Source: a virus
Taxonomy: Duplodnaviria; Caudoviricetes
Length of the DNA stretch: 64,000 nt
Direction: 5' to 3' (one strand)
Virus record (IMG/VR): IMGVR_UViG_3300037455_000245
Coordinates: 41,229-105,228 of that record
Part shown: positions 1-8,496 of the stretch, one piece after another
How positions within the stretch are numbered: position 1 is the first letter of the stretch
How the letters are laid out: each line of letters starts with the position of its first letter
Notes under the pieces: model-generated
Database searches by the model: none
What the model was told of the DNA's origin: nothing
What the model saw: the letters and a program-made list of their open reading frames with translations, nothing else
Position numbers and translations under genes: made by a program

Positions 1-576
1 GAAACGCAACCTGTGACTAAACCAGTATAGGCAGTTGAACCAGTACCTGCAAACGAAATTAAATTCAACTTGATAAATAAAACCAACGAAACCGTATATT
101 TCTCAGGTAAGTTGAAACTCTACATTAAACAGAGTAATACTGATATATGGGATAATGATGGGTTTGAGATTAACTTATGTGGTCCAGATGATATTTCAGA
201 TGGTTGGCCACACTGGCGTAAGAATAATATAAGTCTTGCTCCTGGTAAATCAAAAGAACTCACAGTAACTGAAATTAAGAAATATGTTGGTACAGGTGTT
301 GCAAACAAAGTTAATACTGTAACAGAACCACTAAGTAAATATATTGGATGGAAGTTTGTATCTGCAGATAAAGGAAACCCATTTCCTAATTTATCTATTC
401 CAGCTGTTAAACTTGGCGTAGCAGTAATAAGCAATGGAAGTATATCTAATAGTGCATTTATATTACATATAACACCGATTAACAGTACAATACAATTAGG
501 TAAGACATATAATCTTATTATAGACACCATTAAACCTAATTATAAACCAAACGCTGATAAATTATACAGCAAATAA
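1..576 (+). CDS. 3' part of an uncharacterised AT-rich protein (5'-truncated, contains an in-frame TAG read as Gln)
   Basis: Frame 1 is open from base 1 except TAG at 28-30 (ETQPVTKPV*AVEPVPANEIKFNLINK...). It is continuous with ORF 70..576, ends in TAA and is followed by a terminator. Confidence 0.7.
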
Positions 577-578
577 CG

Positions 579-604
579 AAAAGCTCCTCAAAAGGGAGCT
601 TTTT
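579..604 (+). terminator. Intrinsic (probably bidirectional) terminator
   Basis: AAAAGCTCC...GGAGCTTTT inverted repeat with flanking A and T tracts, directly after the stop at 576. Confidence 0.8.
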
Positions 605-699
605 GCGTATATGGTATTTTGTGAGGTCCGATTCCTCACTACGCACAATGTGGACAGCAGGGGCAGCGTGACACCACTATAAAAACAAACGCCCCACAC

Positions 700-773
700 G
701 GACTTTTAGCTCAGTTGGTTAGAGCAACAGACTCATAATCTGGAGGTCGCAGGTTCAAGCCCTGCATGGTCCA
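700..773 (+). tRNA. tRNA with CAT anticodon, most like tRNA-Ile2 (Met not excluded)
   Basis: Cloverleaf: acceptor GGACTTT/ATGGTCC+A, D arm TAGCTCAGTTGGTTAGAGC, anticodon loop CT-CAT-AA, T arm GCAGG-TTCAAGC-CCTGC. No encoded CCA. Confidence 0.93.
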
Positions 774-792
774 CAAACAAATCATAATCAAT

Positions 793-1272
793 ATGAACAC
801 AGGTTACAAGGAAATGCTGAGGGACAGATGTCCTAAAGTAGTTAGCTTAGCATTAAAGTATTGTAAAGCTAAAGAAACATGGTTAAACCATGTGTACAAG
901 AATTGGATTTGGATATACAAGAGCAAAAAGGAGCGTCTCGATGCTACTAAAAGATTGCTCGGCAGTAAATCTAAGCCATTCTGTTTTGCAGATACTATCG
1001 ATTGGGAGAATCTCAACAAAGAAGAGAAATCTTATTGGGAAACTATTCAAACTTGGGTATCTTGGTTCCAGAATAAGTATGCATATATGCAAAACGCTTA
1101 TTCTATCTCTAAGAGTAAAGGATATAAAGTAGAAGACATTAAATATGAGCTCATGCTTAATTTTATGTTGGAACTATGCCCAAGCTCACAGGATGATACA
1201 AAGACAAAGAAAATGAAGAACAAAAAAGTTAACGAACTCGCAGATTTTCTTATCGAATCGTTTGAACAATGA
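793..1272 (+). CDS. Hypothetical protein
   Basis: ORF 766..1272 with the start moved to ATG 793, because 766 lies inside the tRNA. Overlaps the next gene by ATGA. Confidence 0.75.
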   Translation: MNTGYKEMLRDRCPKVVSLALKYCKAKETWLNHVYKNWIWIYKSKKERLDATKRLLGSKSKPFCFADTIDWENLNKEEKSYWETIQTWVSWFQNKYAYMQNAYSISKSKGYKVEDIKYELMLNFMLELCPSSQDDTKTKKMKNKKVNELADFLIESFEQ

Positions 1273-1721
1273 ATATGTCTGTATTTTCCAAATATCTCGA
1301 GCCTCTACGTGAGGCAAATTTGATCTGTTTAACGGACGATCCAAAGCCAAGTGAGATCTACGCAGCGCTGCGTATCGCATACAATCAAGGCTCAGTGGGT
1401 GTAGAATACACTACGCAAATGATCAGTCCAATTGCAAATGACGGAGATGATTATGACGAATGCTATGACATCTGGGAATGTGCACAATCCGAATCACTAA
1501 AAGAGTGGATTGGATGGGTTAATCGAAAGATAACTCTGCAAATTGGCTTACAGAACTACCAAACAATTGGTGTTAGAGTACGTATAGCCACCAGCATGTT
1601 AAATATGTTGGTTCAATTAGGAAAAGTACCAGACAAAGTAGCTCAAAAGATTCATTATTATCTTTGTAACAACGTAAGGAACGAAATTACACTCATCGTA
1701 AACGAAGAGTTACCGTTCTAG
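1269..1721 (+). CDS. Hypothetical protein with C-terminal EELPF; TAG stop
   Basis: 150-aa ORF translationally coupled to the upstream gene. Its acidic-LPF tail resembles SSB C-termini. Confidence 0.75.
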   Translation: MNMSVFSKYLEPLREANLICLTDDPKPSEIYAALRIAYNQGSVGVEYTTQMISPIANDGDDYDECYDIWECAQSESLKEWIGWVNRKITLQIGLQNYQTIGVRVRIATSMLNMLVQLGKVPDKVAQKIHYYLCNNVRNEITLIVNEELPF

Positions 1722-1916
1722 GGCAGTCCCACCCATCCCAGGTATTTATACGCTGCATATGGGTTCTAAAAGAGGTATGGTTTGATCCAAACTGCCCGCA
1801 ACACAGCGGATGTCTGTTATAGGAGTGACACCTTAATAACCATCGTCTTGGTAAAATTCCGTCCAAGCACTAACGGTATGTCCCTCCCAGGAACTATCTA
1901 CTCAATTTTGTTTGAT

Positions 1917-2477
1917 ATGGCTAAGAATCCGAAGATTACAGAAGAAGAAATAGCCCTTATCAAAAGCGCTCAAGCAGGAGAAATCTCTGCTTATAATAAA
2001 CTTTATGAGAAGTACAAAAACTTCACCACAAACCTTTTGTTTAGATACATTAAGGATTTTGATGAATCCAAAGAGATTAATAATATCGTTTGGCTTAAAG
2101 TTTATAAGAAACTCTCGAAATTCAAAGACTATACTTCATTTGGAGGATGGTTGAGAATACTTACAAATCGAACTGCAATAGATTATCTACGCAAGTTAAA
2201 TGATTTGAACTATGTCTCTGACACTAATGCTCGCTTTGTATCCGAGGATGACAGAGAAGATGTTTATAATGATAGCATCTCTGATGATATTACTTACAAA
2301 CAGTTAGTTGAAACATTTAAGCAATTCCCAGAAGACGCTCGTAAAGTCTTTGAATTGTATTACGGAGAAGGTCTTACTGTCAGTGAGATTCATAAGGTTA
2401 CGAACATTCCGGAAGGTACGATTAAATCGCATCTCTCACGAAAACGTAACTTGTTAAAAAACAAATTCAAACTGTAA
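1917..2477 (+). CDS. ECF-type (sigma-70 group 4) RNA polymerase sigma factor
   Basis: Region 2 pattern (AYNKLYEKY...VWLKVYKKLSKF...FGGWLRILTNRTAIDYLRK) and region 4 HTH (FPEDARKVFELYYGEGLTVSEI...IPEGTIKSHLSR). Likely start is MAKNP at 1917. Confidence 0.92.
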   Translation: MAKNPKITEEEIALIKSAQAGEISAYNKLYEKYKNFTTNLLFRYIKDFDESKEINNIVWLKVYKKLSKFKDYTSFGGWLRILTNRTAIDYLRKLNDLNYVSDTNARFVSEDDREDVYNDSISDDITYKQLVETFKQFPEDARKVFELYYGEGLTVSEIHKVTNIPEGTIKSHLSRKRNLLKNKFKL

Positions 2478-2481
2478 AATT

Positions 2482-2892
2482 ATGATGACTTTAATCGCTT
2501 TCTTGGCTATTACAGCAGTAATCACAGCTATAGCTCGCTATAACGAAAGTGATTCTCTGTTCTGGAAGCTCTTTATCTCCCTTGTTGGAGCTTATGGAGC
2601 AGCCACTATCGTCACCCACGTGATTGATAGTAAAGAGAAGGATAAAGTCGTGATGATTGATGACAATCCCACACAGGTGCACAAGAGCGTAAGCTACGCT
2701 CCGTTTGTGATGCGTAGCACGTCTCTTAGTGCTACCCGTCGGGTGAAAACCCAAAAGCCTGTGAGTAAGGATACTGTCATTAAGAATAGCGATTCTATCC
2801 TGAGTAAGGTCTTCGTGTCTGCACGAGGCCAACCACAGATAAGCTCTGTACGACATATACTACATGAGCTTGTATACTTCGACACGTCATGA
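2482..2892 (+). CDS. Small membrane protein (two N-terminal hydrophobic helices); possible sigma partner
   Basis: Hydrophobic segments LIAFLAITAVITAIA and LFISLVGAYGAATIVTHVI; starts 4 nt after the sigma stop. Confidence 0.7.
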   Translation: MMTLIAFLAITAVITAIARYNESDSLFWKLFISLVGAYGAATIVTHVIDSKEKDKVVMIDDNPTQVHKSVSYAPFVMRSTSLSATRRVKTQKPVSKDTVIKNSDSILSKVFVSARGQPQISSVRHILHELVYFDTS

Positions 2893-2967
2893 CTGACATA
2901 TTTCACTAAGAAATCACATTCGAAGTACATTTAACTAGAGTATTAACAAAAAATTTTCATTATCAAA

Positions 2968-4362
2968 ATGGGAAAGAATAATAACAAGAAAACTCCTGCT
3001 GTTGAGGCTCCTGTAGTGGAGGCCAAGCAGGTAGAAGAAGTGGGTGGAAAGTCCGCTACCGCCACCATCGTCGATATGGCCGCAGGTAAGGGCTTAACCC
3101 AAAGCGAGAAGCTGCAGTTTGCCACAGAGCTGCGCCATCGCGTGTCCGAGTTAAGAGAAGAGGACAATCCTCCTCTCGAGATGATTAAGGGCTACAACAT
3201 GATCCGCGATATCACATTCATTGACCTGGCAGCAGGTGAGATTGCATGTGGTACCAGCGCGACTGGTTTCATATTCTCCGGAAACGAAGTTGCATACAAG
3301 GCTCTTTGTGGTCTTGCGTTGACAATGGGCGTTAAGATGCCGGACTTCAAGACTCTGCCAGCTCCTACAAAGGAACAGCTGCACAACGCTGGTCTGGAGG
3401 GTATCGGTGAGACAAAATATGTCGCCATCGAGAGCAAGGACGTGTCTAAGGAGACCAAAGAGAGAAAGAAGAAGGAGCGTAAGCTCAACGACGAAGCAGA
3501 GAAGGCTGACAAAGCCTATCTGACCGACCATACCAAGATTGAGACTCCTGAACAGCTCGGTGAGGCGCTTGGGTTTCAGTTGGTTAACCTTAAGGTTGCT
3601 AGTCCAGTTGAGCGTCTTATCACAGCAGCTCAGTTCTACCGTTCCTATCTTGAGGCTCGCGCCGAAAAGTCGGACAATCCGGAAGCTGAACTTGCTAAGA
3701 TCCACGAGAATTCTCTCGCTGATCTGCTTCAGGACATTAGCACTATGGTGCCCCCCACCTTCGCCATTGAAGGCTTCGGCAAGCACTTATGCAAGCTTGC
3801 GGAATCTAACGGAAGTATTATTCCTGCGTTCAACCTGTTCCGCAAGGCTTCCATCAATAAGACGACGGGAAAGTGCAAGTTCTCTGATGAGGAATGTGCA
3901 GTCCTGGTTCGCGTCATTATTGTATGGAATGCAAGCGCTCAGATCGCAAGTATCAGTAAGGATATCAAGCTTCTGAACAAGGACGCTAAGGCTAACGCCA
4001 AGGCTATTGAGCAGTGTACTGCTAAGATTCAGCATCAGCAGGACATCATCTCTCTCGCATCAGAGCCCGATTTCGATATCGCTGACAACTTCATTGCTGC
4101 ATACAAGGACAACGAACATGCTAAGCACAATCTCGCTGTAGCACTGTATAACAGCATCATATCTACGTACTATCCTGACGCTGATATCCCTGAGTTGGAA
4201 GTCGATACTGCATTGTTGAACGTTCAGCAGCGCATCGGCATCATCATAAACCTGTTCAACTCTGAGCTTGGTAAACGTGATGATTATTCTGAAGAAAACC
4301 TGATTGCATTCTCCACCGAGGACGAAAAGCCCAAAGAAGGTGAAGGATCAAAAAACTCATAG
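2968..4362 (+). CDS. Uncharacterised 464-aa protein, probably highly expressed; TAG stop
   Basis: Long ORF with strong AAG/GAG/CAG/TTC codon bias like the capsid gene; helical, Ala/Lys/Glu rich. Confidence 0.88.
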   Translation: MGKNNNKKTPAVEAPVVEAKQVEEVGGKSATATIVDMAAGKGLTQSEKLQFATELRHRVSELREEDNPPLEMIKGYNMIRDITFIDLAAGEIACGTSATGFIFSGNEVAYKALCGLALTMGVKMPDFKTLPAPTKEQLHNAGLEGIGETKYVAIESKDVSKETKERKKKERKLNDEAEKADKAYLTDHTKIETPEQLGEALGFQLVNLKVASPVERLITAAQFYRSYLEARAEKSDNPEAELAKIHENSLADLLQDISTMVPPTFAIEGFGKHLCKLAESNGSIIPAFNLFRKASINKTTGKCKFSDEECAVLVRVIIVWNASAQIASISKDIKLLNKDAKANAKAIEQCTAKIQHQQDIISLASEPDFDIADNFIAAYKDNEHAKHNLAVALYNSIISTYYPDADIPELEVDTALLNVQQRIGIIINLFNSELGKRDDYSEENLIAFSTEDEKPKEGEGSKNS

Positions 4363-4434
4363 TGGTCATTAAGGGAAAGGGCAAAGCCTTGATGACCAAA
4401 GTGAAGAATTACATTTTTGCTTAAACTGTGAGCT

Positions 4435-4926
4435 ATGAAACGGTTAACTACAGTAATATGTTGTATCTGTCTTATGGTAGCGGGAATCGGTCTTGCTATA
4501 TATGACTCAGATACGCATCTCAATGAGCTATATGCTGGCGAACCGGCTCCATTAGTATGGAATATCCCCAATGGGGGTGTGATACCACTCGATCTCCGAT
4601 TGGATTCGGAAAAGAGACAACCTGATATCCAGATGCGAGACTCTATCAACATCATCGATTCTATTCGATGGGTTGATAAGTATCGTTATCGTATAAAGTA
4701 TAAAACTGTGTCTGATCGCACAACAGCACGGGAAGCAGGTGAGCATCCGGACGGTGTCAATCCAGACACCTTAGCTGGACGTACTGCAACAATTTGTGCG
4801 CTGGAACGTGAGGAGCAACCCAGCGATACTGTTGGCACTCCTAAAGTGCCATCTATACAGCTTTCTGTCGGCGGAAAAGTTGTATATTCGAATGACGATA
4901 ATCACTCCACGGGGGAGAGTCAGTGA
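4435..4926 (+). CDS. Hypothetical exported or membrane-anchored protein
   Basis: N-terminus MKRLTTVICCICLMVAGIGLAIY is signal/TM-like; 163 aa. Confidence 0.75.
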   Translation: MKRLTTVICCICLMVAGIGLAIYDSDTHLNELYAGEPAPLVWNIPNGGVIPLDLRLDSEKRQPDIQMRDSINIIDSIRWVDKYRYRIKYKTVSDRTTAREAGEHPDGVNPDTLAGRTATICALEREEQPSDTVGTPKVPSIQLSVGGKVVYSNDDNHSTGESQ

Positions 4927-4984
4927 GGATTCACTGGCTCTCCGGCCATTGGGCATCCCGCTTAGTCCACGTCAACGGTCTCAT

Positions 4985-6860
4985 TAGCCGGGACGAAAGA
5001 GTACAACTTGATCCGAGAATATGTCGAGCCCCAAAGGCAAACTCAAAAGGTAGGATGAAATGCTGTATAGTCATACGTACTCTATGACAGAAAAGTATAC
5101 AGTAAGAGGTGTGAGAGGTGTATCAACACCTTGCTGCCTCCCGAGAACCGATTGGTGGGGAGGATTGCCAGCTAAACTCTCGTAAGTCGCAAGAAGCGCA
5201 AAATGAACCGTATCGACAGATCTACTATAATGATACATAGTAGTAGAATAACGTTACACGAGTTGAACATACAGTAAAGATGCCAAACCCTGTATGATGT
5301 ATCAATTCACTATTGCTGTAGTCCAGTGTTCCACGCAATCCAGGGCGTGTATGAAGGGATGAAGAATTATCTGAGTATATGAACCTAGCGGAAGGTTTGA
5401 CTGTCCGCGCCGTACCGTAACTACGGTCCTTGAAGAAATCCTTCCTGTGTCGAGACAGGATGACCACCTTTGAGGCCAAGGTCCCAATGGGTCACCGGGG
5501 ATGGGGTGCTGAGGAAAATATGATGAAGATGACCGCCAGGCTTTGGTCGTTCAAGCGGTATAAGACACGTGGAATTGATTCGTGCTAAAAGTAAATGACC
5601 ACCAGTTCGATGCAGGAACTGATTGATTAGTAGCGCCTAGAGGCGTGATTGCTGCCCGAGTGAAGGCCGGGATGAAAGCCTATTCAAACGGCACATAGTT
5701 CTAGTAAGCAAGAACTCACTGTGTAGATGGGAGATGTACCAGAGGAAATGCTGGAGTCGAAGGATGACAACCTGACAGTCAAAACCAAGTTTTTTACAAT
5801 ATCGGTCGATTCGAGGTCTATACATACCAGTGTAGAAGGAGATCGCCAACGTCTGTATAGGATAATATAGTAGAACACTGATATACTATATCAGCGAGAG
5901 TAGTAAACTCGTGTGCGGTATATCTTTAGTTACAAGCAAAACTATATGAAAGTAGCCAGATGAAGTTAACATGTTGAACAAAATTAAGTGTCCCTCTATG
6001 AAATCTATTACGTTATGTATAATCGGGATAGAGTCCGCTACCTCCTGTTGTATGGGAGAACATAGCCATTTTAGACGTATGATAGAGAAGCTTGAGTGCC
6101 AACCGTTTCTGAGAAGCAAGTAGCAGGATAGATAATAGTTTGGGGTTAGACTGCAAATCTAACTAATCGGCTTAGTCTATGAAGCAATATACGCAAACGA
6201 TGCAAGGCAGCCTATCGCAAAATGAAATCACCTCACTGTCTATGAGGGGTAAAGGAAATGAGTAATTAGTCCGTCGAAAGATGGTTCGCTGATGAAAAGG
6301 ACTCGATGAAGTGGCGCATTAGGTGGGTGATAAATCTTATAGCGTATGAGGTGGAATTCCTCCAGTATTCGCGCACTATAAACAGAAGCCAGCAGCAAAG
6401 CTGAATGTACAGTAAAAAGCCGTAGGTCCATCATGGGTTCTGGAGCCCTAGGCCATGTCCGATAAAGAAACACGTTCCTCTTGACGTGAGATGCCACATG
6501 CTGATAAACAACGAAGCCAGATCCAACTGGAAAGCAAATGGACGAGAACGTTAATGTTGCTGTTAGTCTCGTAAAATATTCAGAAGCATAGCAGACAATC
6601 TTCGACACTTATTTGGAACGTACAGCGAGAAGATACACTGCACCTTATTGGTTTACGTTATTTGCATCTATGAGCACTAGGCCGTGACCATCGTAAGATG
6701 TAGCTACTCTGCCAACGAGCGCAAATAATATTTTACAAAAACTAAATATTGTGTTTTATATTTGGTGCTTGATTGCACAACTGGCAATTAGCGCTTTTGA
6801 TCCTTATATAGAGATGGGCTTGTATATCCTACCGTTGGATTCCCGTCGTACGAGTTGAGC
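4985..6860 (+). ncRNA. Candidate very large structured non-coding RNA (~1.9 kb; ends approximate)
   Basis: No + strand ORF of 60 aa or more lies within 4988-7054. Nested long-range helices: 5004-5010/6851-6857, 5049-5056/6826-6833, 5163-5171/6781-6789, 5246-5254/6655-6663, 5370-5378/6576-6584, 5396-5405/5774-5783. Many local hairpins, several with G-U pairs and GNRA loops. Confidence 0.75.
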
Positions 6861-7054
6861 TTCACTTTGAGGAATATAGAAGTATGACAACTATGTAAGT
6901 AAACGCGCTTCCCATGAGCATAGCACAACCAGAATAAGAAACAAATTAGAAACACAACATACTTTTTATAGGCAACGTCCCGCCTTAGAAGTGGACAAGT
7001 TCATTACCTGATATCGTTGGTTAATCAATAACGATGTCAAAAAGGATATAAGGT

Positions 7055-7672
7055 ATGGCATATAACGAAATGGATATTGCCCTGGAGTCAGTACGACCCC
7101 AGGTTATCAACATTAGCCGCACGCTCCCAACTGGAGCAAAGTTTTACAAAGTAGAAGCAACTGACATTGATCAGGGCTTCGAAGAGCGCAAGAATCAGCT
7201 GATGGCTGATCCTAACACTCCTGAGTTTATTTTCAATCGTTCACCGCGCGTCATCGTGTTGAAGGACTTCAGCGTGAAGAGCCAGGACTTTGAGGTCGAC
7301 ATTGACGGCAACAAAGTGGTGGTCTTCAATAAGGGTACGAATGAGCAAGCCCAAGCAACGATCGTTGCTGGTGGTGTGAACTTTGGTCAGACCACCGATG
7401 AGGCCATGAAGGATGCACTTCGTGGGCAAGATCGTATCTTTGCCGACGGCATTAAGACCGCCACAAAGGTGAACGCTCTGAACGCAGCTGAGCTCTCCCG
7501 TGTGGAGGCCATGATCAAGTACTGGACTGGAAAGGCTGATGCCATCCGTTCAGCAATTGCTTCCAACAGCAAGAAGGTCAAGGACTACCAGGACGTTCTC
7601 GCTAAGTTCCGCAAGGATATCGATTTGTCTGCCGGAGACGGCGACGGCTTCGCAGTACAGGTTGAAGGATAA
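7055..7672 (+). CDS. Hypothetical protein with C-terminal coiled coil
   Basis: 205-aa ORF with highly biased codon usage; first gene after the long non-coding region. Confidence 0.85.
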   Translation: MAYNEMDIALESVRPQVINISRTLPTGAKFYKVEATDIDQGFEERKNQLMADPNTPEFIFNRSPRVIVLKDFSVKSQDFEVDIDGNKVVVFNKGTNEQAQATIVAGGVNFGQTTDEAMKDALRGQDRIFADGIKTATKVNALNAAELSRVEAMIKYWTGKADAIRSAIASNSKKVKDYQDVLAKFRKDIDLSAGDGDGFAVQVEG

Positions 7673-7674
7673 GT

Positions 7675-8277
7675 ATGGCGAACTCGGTTGATGATGCAAA
7701 GCTGCAGGCTCCCGAGTTAATATCGCTCTTACTGAAGGAACCAAAAATCCTTCAGAAGATTGTATTGGCTATGAAGCCTAAAGCGCGGGGTTACACCAAA
7801 TGGAAGGTTGTACCTGAAGAAGAACGAATTTATCTGGGAAAATATTCCTGGCATGGATTTGGAGAATTCTGGAACAATCTTATCAAATGCTGTGATCACA
7901 TCTCTTTCGACGATTTCTACATTAAAGTGTGGGATGCGTTGGTTGAGATGACTGCTGGTACTGAAGCACACGAAGCCGTGCTTGAAGGACTTTCTCGTGA
8001 AGTTCTCATGCAAGGCATCCACGCAAAGGACCAGAATATACTTCATCGATTCTTCGATGTATGTCGACATTTAACATCCGATGGATATTGGAGGGACAAG
8101 GGACTGAAGCGGGATAATCCGCCTCACCACCATTTTAAAGGCTGTCCGTATTCTGGTGATGTAGAAATAGAGGTAGAACCTCATGGCCGACCGCGACCTG
8201 GAGTATTTCGGGTGGTAGACTCGGTTGGAGATGCATTTGAGATTATTAATGTGAAATGGTTAGGTGGACGTCATTAA
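7675..8277 (+). CDS. Hypothetical protein
   Basis: 200-aa ORF starting 2 nt after the previous stop. Confidence 0.8.
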   Translation: MANSVDDAKLQAPELISLLLKEPKILQKIVLAMKPKARGYTKWKVVPEEERIYLGKYSWHGFGEFWNNLIKCCDHISFDDFYIKVWDALVEMTAGTEAHEAVLEGLSREVLMQGIHAKDQNILHRFFDVCRHLTSDGYWRDKGLKRDNPPHHHFKGCPYSGDVEIEVEPHGRPRPGVFRVVDSVGDAFEIINVKWLGGRH

Positions 8278-8288
8278 ACGGGTACGTC

Positions 8289-8496
8289 GGGCCTCTGCGG
8301 GGGTCTGTAGTTATTGGTCTGAGGGCTGGTGCTACAATTGGTATCTGTGTTAATGATAACACTTAAACAAGTCGCACAAACGTTTTAAGTGCGCTCAAAA
8401 TAGACACAACAGCTATACTTTGATTAGGAACTCTGCGGGGGGCCATATAGTCAAAGTATAGCTGTCAGGTTTCTAATGAAGTGATTTATTAGAAAC
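8289..8496 (+). other. Structured intergenic region with long hairpins and a repeated C-TGCG-G loop
   Basis: 18-bp stem 8409-8426/8448-8465; stem 8469-8496; CTCTGCGGGGG occurs at 8293 and 8431. Confidence 0.6.

Noticed and set aside
766-792. ORF start at 766
   Set aside because: It lies inside the tRNA 3' end; ATG 793 is more plausible.
1659-1666. Bacteroidota -7 promoter element TATCTTTG upstream of the sigma gene
   Set aside because: There is no TTTG -33 element at the expected spacing and it lies within a CDS, so support is insufficient.
1782-1916. 45-aa N-terminal extension of the sigma factor
   Set aside because: It has a TTG start inside a structured region, and the sigma-like sequence begins at ATG 1917.
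6288-6320. Hammerhead ribozyme at CTGATGA
   Set aside because: No stem II followed by GAAA can be built after the motif.
5225-6608. Short - strand ORFs in the non-coding region
   Set aside because: They are short, mutually overlapping, antisense to the local gene direction, and have no protein-like composition or motifs.
4927-7054. Group I/II intron or rRNA fragment as the identity of the long non-coding region
   Set aside because: I found no recognisable group II domain V, group I P7 core or rRNA signature, and the flanking genes look complete. An Rfam scan is still needed.
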